64,000 nt of DNA, taken from assembly GCF_000737315.1 (NCBI RefSeq), contig NZ_JMCB01000005.1:124001-188000 (forward strand), given 5' to 3'. Under the pieces are notes generated by a model. It did no database searches, had not been told where the DNA came from, and saw only the letters and a list, made by a program, of their open reading frames with translations. This stretch comes from Hyalangium minutum. Lineage in GTDB: Bacteria; Myxococcota; Myxococcia; Myxococcales; Myxococcaceae. Made by a program: the position numbers and the translations under genes. Positions 28,320-36,497 of this stretch are shown here, piece after piece (the first letter of the stretch is position 1; the number at the start of each line of letters is the position of its first letter).

Positions 28320-30560
28320 ATGACTCCGAAGCCGCCCGGGTTCCTCGTCCGCCACATCCAGCAGAAGCGGTGCGTGGTCTTCGTCGGCGCGGGCCTCTCG
28401 GCGGGAGCGGGGCTGCCGACCTGGAAGGAGCTGCTTCTCCGGGGCATCCAGGAACTGGTGGGGTCTCTCCCCAAAGGCGAAGTCCACCAGCAAGAACTCT
28501 CTGACCTCGTCAAGTGGGGCAAGCTGCTGGAGGTGGCCGACTTCTGCAAGGAGAAGCTTGGCAGTGCCTACCACCAGTTCCTCAGCGAGCAGGTGCGCGG
28601 AGATCAGGTTCAGAAGCTTCCCCCCACCCATGATGTGCTGATGCGCCTGCCCTTCAGTGCGTGGGTGACGACCAACTACGACAAGCTCCTGGAGCGGGCC
28701 TACTCGCAGGTGAAGGGCGGCGGCTCCCCGAAGACGCTCACCCACAAGGACACGGAGGCGCTCGGGCGGCTGCTCTTCGACGGCGGCCCGTTCATCCTCA
28801 AGGCCCACGGGGACATCGACCGGCCCGAGACGGTGGTGCTCACCTCTCGCGACTACAGCGAGATCATCCACGCCAACCCCGCCTTCAACGAGATCTTCAG
28901 CGGACTGCTGCTCACCAAGGCGCTGCTATTCGTGGGCTACTCGCTGTCGGATCCGGACTTCCGGCTGCTGATGGACCGCCAGCTCACGCACTTCAAGGGC
29001 TTCGTCCCCGAGCGCTACGCCCTGATGACCGGGGTGGGGGAGGTGGAGCAGGACGTGCTCTGGCGCACGGCGCGCATCCGGGTCATCTCCTACGACAACG
29101 CCAGCGGGAAGCACGCGGAGGTGCTCGACTTCCTGAAGGCGCTGGAGGCCGAGGTGCTCCCGAAGCCGGCCCTGGAGCCGTTCATGGTCCCTTCGGAGTC
29201 CGCGCCGCCGCAGAGCGGCTCCTCACCCGTCCTGGAGTCCATGCCGTCCCGGCAGAGCAGCCCCGCCCCCACTCCGGCGGCGCAGTCCTGGCACGTCACT
29301 TCTCATAACGTCGCGGCGGGCTCGGGGCCGGGCAGTTCAGTGCTGGGATCCCGGGTCGCGGAGCTGTTCCTGCAGGGTGACGAAGAACCCGAAGTCAGCT
29401 CATCGGCCCCTCCCCCTCGCGGTCCTGTTCCCCAGCCCGCAGCCCACGTGCCTGCGGCAGCCCCCGCTCCCGTGGTGGTTCCTCTCACTCCCCACCGGCT
29501 CCACATCGAGCCCGTGGAGGGAAGGATCCAGCTCCGGCTGATCCGAGGAGACACAGCGCCGGTGGTGCAGGGGACCGTGCCCACCCGCCGGGGCGACGAG
29601 GCGTGGCTCTCTCTCAAGGAGGATGAGGGCGATGAAGCCACCGCTGCTCACTCCCTCGCGCTCACCCAGGGCCTGCTCCAGCGAGACATGCCGCGAGAGG
29701 TGCTCGCGGCGCTGGAGGCACAGGACGCCTCCGCCCAGGCGCCGCTCGTGCTGCACATCGATCCGGTGCTGGACCGGTTTCCCTGGGAACTGCTTCCGGC
29801 GGGATCAGAGCCCGTCAGCCTGATGCGGAGGGTGAGCCGCGCGCCCATGGGCATCCCGGCCCAGGTCCGTGGCACTCCCGCAGTCCGGTCCTCGCCGCGC
29901 ATCCTGCTCATCGAGGGGATGAGCCGTGATGGGAGCCTCCGGAGGCGCGAGCTCGAGCGCCTTCACGCGCTCTATGCGGCCGGCCCTTTCTCCTGCACGG
30001 TTCTCCAGGGCAGCGAGGCGACGTTCCGCCATGCCATGGAAGCGCTGAGAGCCGAGCAGACGGACGAACTGCCGGACCTCGTCCACTACACCGGGGAGCT
30101 CATCCTTCCCGGCTCTGGACCCTGCTTGCTGCTGCGGGATGGGCCCCTGCCGGTGGGGGCCCTGCGCTCCGTGCTCAGCCAGGGCCGACTGCCCTTCCTG
30201 GTGATGAATACCCCCTCCTCGGCGTACGAATACCTTCCGTTCCTGAAGCAAGGGCGGCGGGCGCTGCGGCTGCCCTTGCCCGGGCCAGACGCCTTCGATC
30301 AGCGCGAAGGCTTCATGGAGCTGGCCGTTCAGCAAGGCGTGGGAGCCTTCGTGGGGGCCTTCTCCTGGCCCGACGTGAGCGTGGGCGCGGACTTCATGGT
30401 CCAACTGCACCGGGCGCTCTTGATGGGGCAGCCCATCGGCGACGCCGTCCTTCAGGCCCGCAGAGAGGTCCACGCCAAGCTCCCGGATGATCCCACTCCG
30501 CTCCTGTACGTGCTCAGTGGCGACGGCGCTCTCCAGCTCGTCCGCTCTCAGCGCAAGTGA
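28320..30560 (+). CDS. SIR2-like (SIR2_2) NADase domain fused to a degenerate CHAT/caspase-fold domain
   Basis: FVGAGLS, TTNYD, KAHGD, LLFVGYSLSDPDF; Pro/Ser-rich linker; LDRFPWELL, DLVHYTGE, LVMNTP, G..IGDAVLQAR, YVLSGD (CHAT-like). Confidence 0.82.
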   Translation: MTPKPPGFLVRHIQQKRCVVFVGAGLSAGAGLPTWKELLLRGIQELVGSLPKGEVHQQELSDLVKWGKLLEVADFCKEKLGSAYHQFLSEQVRGDQVQKLPPTHDVLMRLPFSAWVTTNYDKLLERAYSQVKGGGSPKTLTHKDTEALGRLLFDGGPFILKAHGDIDRPETVVLTSRDYSEIIHANPAFNEIFSGLLLTKALLFVGYSLSDPDFRLLMDRQLTHFKGFVPERYALMTGVGEVEQDVLWRTARIRVISYDNASGKHAEVLDFLKALEAEVLPKPALEPFMVPSESAPPQSGSSPVLESMPSRQSSPAPTPAAQSWHVTSHNVAAGSGPGSSVLGSRVAELFLQGDEEPEVSSSAPPPRGPVPQPAAHVPAAAPAPVVVPLTPHRLHIEPVEGRIQLRLIRGDTAPVVQGTVPTRRGDEAWLSLKEDEGDEATAAHSLALTQGLLQRDMPREVLAALEAQDASAQAPLVLHIDPVLDRFPWELLPAGSEPVSLMRRVSRAPMGIPAQVRGTPAVRSSPRILLIEGMSRDGSLRRRELERLHALYAAGPFSCTVLQGSEATFRHAMEALRAEQTDELPDLVHYTGELILPGSGPCLLLRDGPLPVGALRSVLSQGRLPFLVMNTPSSAYEYLPFLKQGRRALRLPLPGPDAFDQREGFMELAVQQGVGAFVGAFSWPDVSVGADFMVQLHRALLMGQPIGDAVLQARREVHAKLPDDPTPLLYVLSGDGALQLVRSQRK

Positions 30561-30672
30561 AGGCCGGTTGACGCGGTGCAAAATCCAACCCCACGGGCCG
30601 CCGTGAAAATCGCCCTCTCAGGACCTGAGAACCCCACGAGAAGCCCGAGGCTCGTGTAATCTCCGCCCACCG

Positions 30673-32382
30673 ATGTGGCAGATCATCATCAACGGGCCGG
30701 GCTACTTCGACACCCCTTACGATCTCCCCGAAGGAGCGACCAGCCTCGGCCGAGCCGATGAGAACGACATCGTTCTCGGCGGAGACCTTGTGTCGCGCAA
30801 GCACGCCTGCCTGCTCGTGCAGGGCGACACGCTGCGCATCGAGGACCTCGGCAGTCGCAACGGCAGCCGCATCAATGGCCTCCCCCTCCAGGGCGGCAAA
30901 GACTTAACCCCCGGCGACATCGTCACCCTGGGAGAGAACACCCTCTCCGTTCGCCAGCCCCACACCGTGGAGAGCGCCGCCACGGAGATGGTGGACCTGG
31001 GCGCTGGAGGCGTCCGCCGCTTCGGCCACGGGGAAGACGTCTCCCCAGCGGTGATTCTCGCCAAGAATGTGAAGGATCTGGACGTTCTGCGCGCGCTCGA
31101 CAACTTCGAGCCTGTTCCCTACGAGAATGAATCGGGAGGCAGTACGCCCATTGGTGCCGGTGGCAGCAGCCCTCGCGTCTCCTACGAGAAGCTCGTGCTG
31201 CTGTTCCGCACCGCCGAGTCCCTGGCCACCGCCGAGTCCCTGCCCGCCTTCCTCGAGTCCGCCATGGACCGAGTGCTGGAGCGCACCGAGGCCACCACCG
31301 CCGTGGTGCTGCTGCGCCACTCCAGCGGGGTCCTGGTGCCCGCCTCCGTGCGCCACCGGGGCAAGCTGGCCAAGGGCGAGGTGCCCGTCTCGGACGCCAT
31401 CGTCGAGGAGGCCATGCGCCAGGGCCGCGCGCTCGCCGTGGGAGACGTGCGAGACGACCGGCGCTTCGCGGGCCGCGAGAGCGTCATCCTCTACGGCGTG
31501 GACCGGGTGCTCTGCATCCCCATTGGCCGCGAGCCTCCCTTCGCCGGCGTGCTCTACGTCAACACCCCCGCCGAGTCGGAGACCACGCTGGAGCTCATGC
31601 TGGACGCCTGCACCGCCGTGGCCCACCTGGTGGCCAGCGGCGTGCAGCGCTTCTCCGCCCAGAGCCCCAAGGAGACGGGTGGCCCCGGCAGTGCCCTGCG
31701 CCGCACCCTGGAGCGCTTCCACCCGCCCGAGGTGGCCGAGCGCCGCGCCGCCGAGGCTCAGCGCACGGGAGGCCGCCCCCCCGCCCTGGAGGAGCGGCCC
31801 CTCACCATCCTCCACGCGGAGATGGCAGGCTTTGGCGCGCTGTGCACCCGGCTGGGCCCCGTGCGCGCCTCGGCCGTCCTCAATGACTTCCACGCGAAGA
31901 TGAGCGGCCTCATCTTCAGCTTCGAGGGCTCGGTGGAGGCCTTCGTGGGCGAGTCCGTGCGCGCCCTGTTCGGCTTCCCCTCGGCCAAGCAGGATGACTC
32001 CGTGAGGGCGGTGCGCGCCGGGCTGGCGCTGCGCGCCGACTGGCTGCGGGCCATGTCCCGCCGGCCCGCGGACGAGCGCTGCGAGCTGCGCATCGCGATC
32101 CATACCACCAAAGGTCTGGTGGGGATGATCGGCCCGGACTCGCGGCTGGACCTCGGCGCCGTGGGCGAGGGTGTCCCCGTGGCGGGCTGGCTCGCCTCCA
32201 CGGCTGCTCCCGGACAGGTCCTCATTACCGGAAAGACCCTGGCTTCCATCGGAGCGCGCTTCGACGTGCTGCCTCTGGGAGAGCGTCTGGTGCGGCCTCC
32301 CAAGGACAAGGTGGCGGCCTTCGAGGTGCTCGAGGAGGACGTGCCGGCGCTCACCAATCCGGGCGTCCACGGGCCCAAGTAA
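30673..32382 (+). CDS. FHA + GAF + class III nucleotidyl cyclase-like protein (degenerate cyclase)
   Basis: LGRADEND..VSRKHA..DLGSRNG (FHA); LCIPI..GVLYV (GAF); cyclase fold with substituted catalytic motifs. Confidence 0.85.
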   Translation: MWQIIINGPGYFDTPYDLPEGATSLGRADENDIVLGGDLVSRKHACLLVQGDTLRIEDLGSRNGSRINGLPLQGGKDLTPGDIVTLGENTLSVRQPHTVESAATEMVDLGAGGVRRFGHGEDVSPAVILAKNVKDLDVLRALDNFEPVPYENESGGSTPIGAGGSSPRVSYEKLVLLFRTAESLATAESLPAFLESAMDRVLERTEATTAVVLLRHSSGVLVPASVRHRGKLAKGEVPVSDAIVEEAMRQGRALAVGDVRDDRRFAGRESVILYGVDRVLCIPIGREPPFAGVLYVNTPAESETTLELMLDACTAVAHLVASGVQRFSAQSPKETGGPGSALRRTLERFHPPEVAERRAAEAQRTGGRPPALEERPLTILHAEMAGFGALCTRLGPVRASAVLNDFHAKMSGLIFSFEGSVEAFVGESVRALFGFPSAKQDDSVRAVRAGLALRADWLRAMSRRPADERCELRIAIHTTKGLVGMIGPDSRLDLGAVGEGVPVAGWLASTAAPGQVLITGKTLASIGARFDVLPLGERLVRPPKDKVAAFEVLEEDVPALTNPGVHGPK

Positions 32383-32483
32383 ACCCCTGCGTCTGGCCGT
32401 CCACAGGCCTTTCGGCCGGTTGACCGGTTGAAGAAGTCCCCCCGAACCGGCTTGAATGGAGAGATCGTGGGTCCTCGCACCGC

Positions 32484-35400
32484 ATGAACACCTCCTCCTC
32501 AGCCCGCCTGAGGCCGTTCCGGCCACAGGCGTTTGGCCGGTATACGCTCCTGTCCCATCTGGCCACCGGCGGCATGGGGGAGATCTACCTGGCGCGGCTG
32601 GAGGGAGCGCAGGGCTTCGAGAAGCTGTGCGTCATCAAGAAGATCCTGCCGCAGCTGGCCGAGGACAAGGAGTTCGTCGACCGCTTCGTGGGTGAGGCCC
32701 GCACGCTGGTGAAGCTCAGCCACGGCTCCATCGCCCAAGTGTTGGACATGGGCCTGCACGAGGGCGAGGCGTATATGGCCCTCGAGTACGTGGACGGCAA
32801 GGACCTGCGCAAGGTGGCTGGCCGCGTGCGGGACAGGCACACGCCGCTGCCGCTCACCTTCATTCTCTTCGTCATGGGGCGGGTGCTGGACGCGCTGGCG
32901 TACGCGCACCGCAAGCGGGACGACGACGAGAAGGACATCAACCTCGTCCACCGGGACATCTCGCCACAGAACATCCTCATCTCCTACGAGGGGGAGGTGA
33001 AGGTGGTCGACTTCGGGCTGGCCAAGAGCCGGCTGTCGGCGGCGAAGACCAACCCGAGCATCATCCTGGGCAAGTTCCTCTATATGTCGCCGGAGCAGGC
33101 CCGGCACCAGCCGGTGGACCGCCGCAGTGACTTGTATGCGGTGGGACTTTGTCTCTACGAGCTGATCTCCGGGAAGAACCCGTTCGACGCGGTGCACTCG
33201 GGCGACCTCATGTCCGTGGTGGCGCACCCGCGCATCGCTCCGCTGGGCGAGGTGGAGCCGCTCACGCCGTCCGCCGTGGCCAACCTGGTGATGAAGGCGC
33301 TGGCGGTGGAGCCGGCGCAGCGCTTCCAGACGGCCGAGGAGTTCCGCGCCAAGCTGATGGGCGTGCTGATGGACATCGACCGGAACGCCGGTCCAGAGAC
33401 CGTCAGCCGCTTCATGCGAGAGCTGTTCGCCCAGGAGTTCGCGGGCGAGCGCAAGCTGCTGGCCCAGCTGAAGGAAGTGCCGCGCGGGGGCGAGCCGCTC
33501 GTGCCGCGCATGGGCACCGAGCTGGACACGGATCCGGCCGCCCGGTTCCCTCCGCCCAGCCTGCCGCCGAAGACCATCAAGCTGGATCCGCCGCCCGAGC
33601 CGCTCTCCTTCCAGCCCACGCCGCGCTCCCGCCCGGGCGCCCAGGCGCATGTGCACGAGGAGGAGACCCGGCCCGGTGTGGTGGTCAACAGCGAGACCAC
33701 CCGTCCCGCCGTCTCCTTCGAGGCGCTCGACGCGGCCGCCCGGGCCCGCGTCCGGTCGCCGCTGTCCTCCCTGCCGCCCGCGCCCGACACCGTCACGGTG
33801 GAGCTGGGCTCGGAGGACTTTGGCCCCTTCCCAGGGGAGCCGGTCTCCGTGGCCTCTCCCGCGCCCGCGCGCTTGAGCGCTCCCACGGTGGAGATGCCGG
33901 TGCCCTACATGCCTGCGGCGGCCATTCCGCCCAGCGCACCGTCTTCGCCGCAGATGTCCGGCACCGCGCGGACCCTGGAGGCGCCTCGGGCCGTCCCGCC
34001 TCCGCCTCTGCCTGCTCCCAGCGCGTCTGGGAACCGGCCTCCCGATCCGCCGCTGCGCGCGGCCATGCCAGGTGCCCTCCCGCCGGGATCCGTCCCCACC
34101 AAGCCGGGAGAGATGCCTTCACCGCGCACGCCGCCCGCGCCGCCATCATCCTCCGCCGCCGCGAGGCTGCAGGAGACGCAGCGGGTGACGCTGCCTCCGC
34201 CGCCCTCGAGCGCGGTCACCCCCGAGCCGCGAAGGCAGGAGGCGAGCCGCGCCGAGAGCTCGCCGGCGTCCGCAACGGCCTCCCCGGCGGTGATGCTTCC
34301 CTTCACCACGCCGTCCACGCCGATGCCCGCGGTGTCAGCGGAGAGCCCGCCGCCCGTGCCGGAGGTGTCGCTGCCCGCCGAGCCCCAGGCCGAGATCGTC
34401 ACGGCCCCGCGGGAGCTGCCCCGGTCCATGTCCGCCCGCGCGGCGCAGGCGGACCCTGGGAGTGGAGGGACGGACGCCAGCCGCCGTGGCCTGGACGACA
34501 CGCACCCCAGCTACCAGATGGCTTCCTCGCCGCCTCCAGCGGATACGCAGCCGCGCGTGGTGCTGGATGAGCTGGCGCTCCAGAACGGCCCGGAAGAGGG
34601 CATCGTCCCGGGCATTCCGGAGGAGCCCCTCTCCAATCCCGGGCGCGACCGCTCCGAGGACTCCATCTCGGTTCCGGGCCGCCCGAGGACCGGACGGCGC
34701 CCGCGCAGCACAGGTGGGACGCCGGCGAGCTTGCCGGCCATGCGCGGAGGCACGGCGTCCGTGCGCGCCGCTCAGCGCCCCGTGGAGCCGGTGAGCGCCC
34801 CTCCAGAGCGAGCGGAGACGGATGACTCCGCTCCGGTGGCCATCGCCGTCGACGACCCCACCCCAGCAGAGGCCCGCGACCCGCGCGACGATACGCGGCG
34901 GACGCCCCTGCCCACCCGGCCGCCCACCGAGAGCCGCCGCGCGCAGCGTGAGGAGGCACGGCGGCCCGCGGCGCCGCCTGCTCCGGCCCAGAAGCGCTCC
35001 TGGGGGTGGATGGTCCTGAGCCTCGTGCTGCTGCTGGGCGCGGCCGCGGCGGTGTACGCGACGCTCCCGATGATCCAGGCGCTGGTGAAGTCGAAGCTGG
35101 AGGACGCGAAGCCTGCCGAGCCGGGGACGACGCGCATCCAGCCGACGCCGGTTCCGAGCGGGCCGCCGGGCCAGACTCCGGCCGCTGCGCCCCCGACACC
35201 CGAGCCCGCGGCGGCCACGCCTCCCGCGAGCCCCGCACCCACAGAAGCGGCAGCCCCGCCTCCCGCGGGGGCCGTTGCCGCCGTCACGCCAGAGGTTCCC
35301 GTGCCGGAGAGCGCGAGCCCGGATGAAGGCGAGGACGATGATTTGCTGCCCCTGCCTGCCACGCCGTCGCCTCCGCCCAAGAAGAGCCAGAGCTCGCGTT

Positions 35401-35657
35401 CCAGCAAGAAGGCCTCTGCGGCCTTGCGCAAGGAAGTGCAGGAGCTCAAGAACGACTGGACGGCGACGAAGGCCGCCTACGCGAAGCTCACCCAGGAAGT
35501 GTCGTGTGAGGCCACCACGCTGGGCCTCCTCTGCAGCAGGTACGACAACCTGCGGCGGGACTATGCAGCCTTGGGCGAGAACTCCTACGACAAGGAAATC
35601 CACAGCCGGGTGAAGAGGATGCGCACCGAGCTCAACAAGGCGCTGAGCGCCCAGTAG
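32484..35657 (+). CDS. Ser/Thr protein kinase with long Pro-rich linker, TM and extracytoplasmic helical domain
   Basis: ATGGMGEIY, VIKK, HRDISPQN, DFGLA, YMSPEQ; TM WGWMVLSLVLLLGAAAAVY. Confidence 0.92.
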   Translation: MNTSSSARLRPFRPQAFGRYTLLSHLATGGMGEIYLARLEGAQGFEKLCVIKKILPQLAEDKEFVDRFVGEARTLVKLSHGSIAQVLDMGLHEGEAYMALEYVDGKDLRKVAGRVRDRHTPLPLTFILFVMGRVLDALAYAHRKRDDDEKDINLVHRDISPQNILISYEGEVKVVDFGLAKSRLSAAKTNPSIILGKFLYMSPEQARHQPVDRRSDLYAVGLCLYELISGKNPFDAVHSGDLMSVVAHPRIAPLGEVEPLTPSAVANLVMKALAVEPAQRFQTAEEFRAKLMGVLMDIDRNAGPETVSRFMRELFAQEFAGERKLLAQLKEVPRGGEPLVPRMGTELDTDPAARFPPPSLPPKTIKLDPPPEPLSFQPTPRSRPGAQAHVHEEETRPGVVVNSETTRPAVSFEALDAAARARVRSPLSSLPPAPDTVTVELGSEDFGPFPGEPVSVASPAPARLSAPTVEMPVPYMPAAAIPPSAPSSPQMSGTARTLEAPRAVPPPPLPAPSASGNRPPDPPLRAAMPGALPPGSVPTKPGEMPSPRTPPAPPSSSAAARLQETQRVTLPPPPSSAVTPEPRRQEASRAESSPASATASPAVMLPFTTPSTPMPAVSAESPPPVPEVSLPAEPQAEIVTAPRELPRSMSARAAQADPGSGGTDASRRGLDDTHPSYQMASSPPPADTQPRVVLDELALQNGPEEGIVPGIPEEPLSNPGRDRSEDSISVPGRPRTGRRPRSTGGTPASLPAMRGGTASVRAAQRPVEPVSAPPERAETDDSAPVAIAVDDPTPAEARDPRDDTRRTPLPTRPPTESRRAQREEARRPAAPPAPAQKRSWGWMVLSLVLLLGAAAAVYATLPMIQALVKSKLEDAKPAEPGTTRIQPTPVPSGPPGQTPAAAPPTPEPAAATPPASPAPTEAAAPPPAGAVAAVTPEVPVPESASPDEGEDDDLLPLPATPSPPPKKSQSSRSSKKASAALRKEVQELKNDWTATKAAYAKLTQEVSCEATTLGLLCSRYDNLRRDYAALGENSYDKEIHSRVKRMRTELNKALSAQ

Positions 35658-35659
35658 CC

Positions 35660-36436
35660 GTGACGCTGCTCCTCGAGACCCAGGGCCTCGTCGCCGGCTA
35701 TGGCCCATCGCCTGTGCTGCAGGGCGTGGACTGCTCGGTGCGTGCAGGGGAGCTGTGGGCGGTGCTGGGGCCGAACGGCACGGGCAAGAGCACGTTGCTG
35801 CGCGCGGTGCTGGGCGCGCTGCCGTGGATGCGGGGCACGGTGCGGCTGCTGGGGCAGGAGCGCTCGGCATGGGAGCCGCGCGAGCTGGCCCGGCGTGTGG
35901 CCTGGGTGCCGCAGCTCTTCGAGCCCGCCGAGGGCTTCAGTGGGTTGGAGCTGGTGCTGATGGGGCGCAGCCCGCACCTCGGGCTGTGGGGCCTCACCTC
36001 CGAGCGGGACGCGGCGCTGGCACGCACGGTGCTCGAGGAGCTGGGCGTGGCGCACCTGGCGGACCGGCCGGGCGAGGCCATGTCCGGCGGCGAGCGCCGC
36101 ATGCTGCTGCTGGCGCGGGGGTTGGTGCAGGAGCCCTCGCTGCTGCTGCTGGACGAGCCCACGGCCTTTCTGGACGTGGCGCACCAGGTGAGCTCGCTGG
36201 CACGGGTGCGGGCGCGGGTGGAGGCGGGGCTGGGAGCGGTGGCGGTGCTGCACGACGTGAACATGGCGGCGGCCTTCGCCACCCATGTGCTGCTGATGCG
36301 AGATGGCCGCGTGTTGGCACAGGGGCCGGTGGACACGGTGCTGGAGCGCGAGCGGCTCGAGGCGCTCTACGGCCTGCCCATGGAGATGGCGCTGGCTCCC
36401 TCGGGAGCCCGGCTCTTCGCGCCACGGGCGGGCTGA
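35660..36436 (+). CDS. ABC transporter ATP-binding protein (iron-siderophore/cobalamin type)
   Basis: GPNGTGKST, VAWVPQ, MSGGE, LLLLDEPT, AVLHD. Confidence 0.92.
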   Translation: MTLLLETQGLVAGYGPSPVLQGVDCSVRAGELWAVLGPNGTGKSTLLRAVLGALPWMRGTVRLLGQERSAWEPRELARRVAWVPQLFEPAEGFSGLELVLMGRSPHLGLWGLTSERDAALARTVLEELGVAHLADRPGEAMSGGERRMLLLARGLVQEPSLLLLDEPTAFLDVAHQVSSLARVRARVEAGLGAVAVLHDVNMAAAFATHVLLMRDGRVLAQGPVDTVLERERLEALYGLPMEMALAPSGARLFAPRAG

Positions 36437-36497
36437 TGCCGCAATGCGGCGTGGGCGCGTGGTTGACACCGCTCGCGCCGGGCGGGAAGACGGAGGC

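Noticed and set aside
21923-30560. Prophage or integrative element explaining the accessory and defence block
   Set aside because: No integrase, transposase, tRNA target or flanking direct repeats recognised; horizontal origin is supported only by local AT enrichment
33500-35400. Repeat array or CRISPR-like periodicity
   Set aside because: Low-complexity Pro/Ala-rich coding linker of the kinase; no fixed-length repeat-spacer units anywhere in the window
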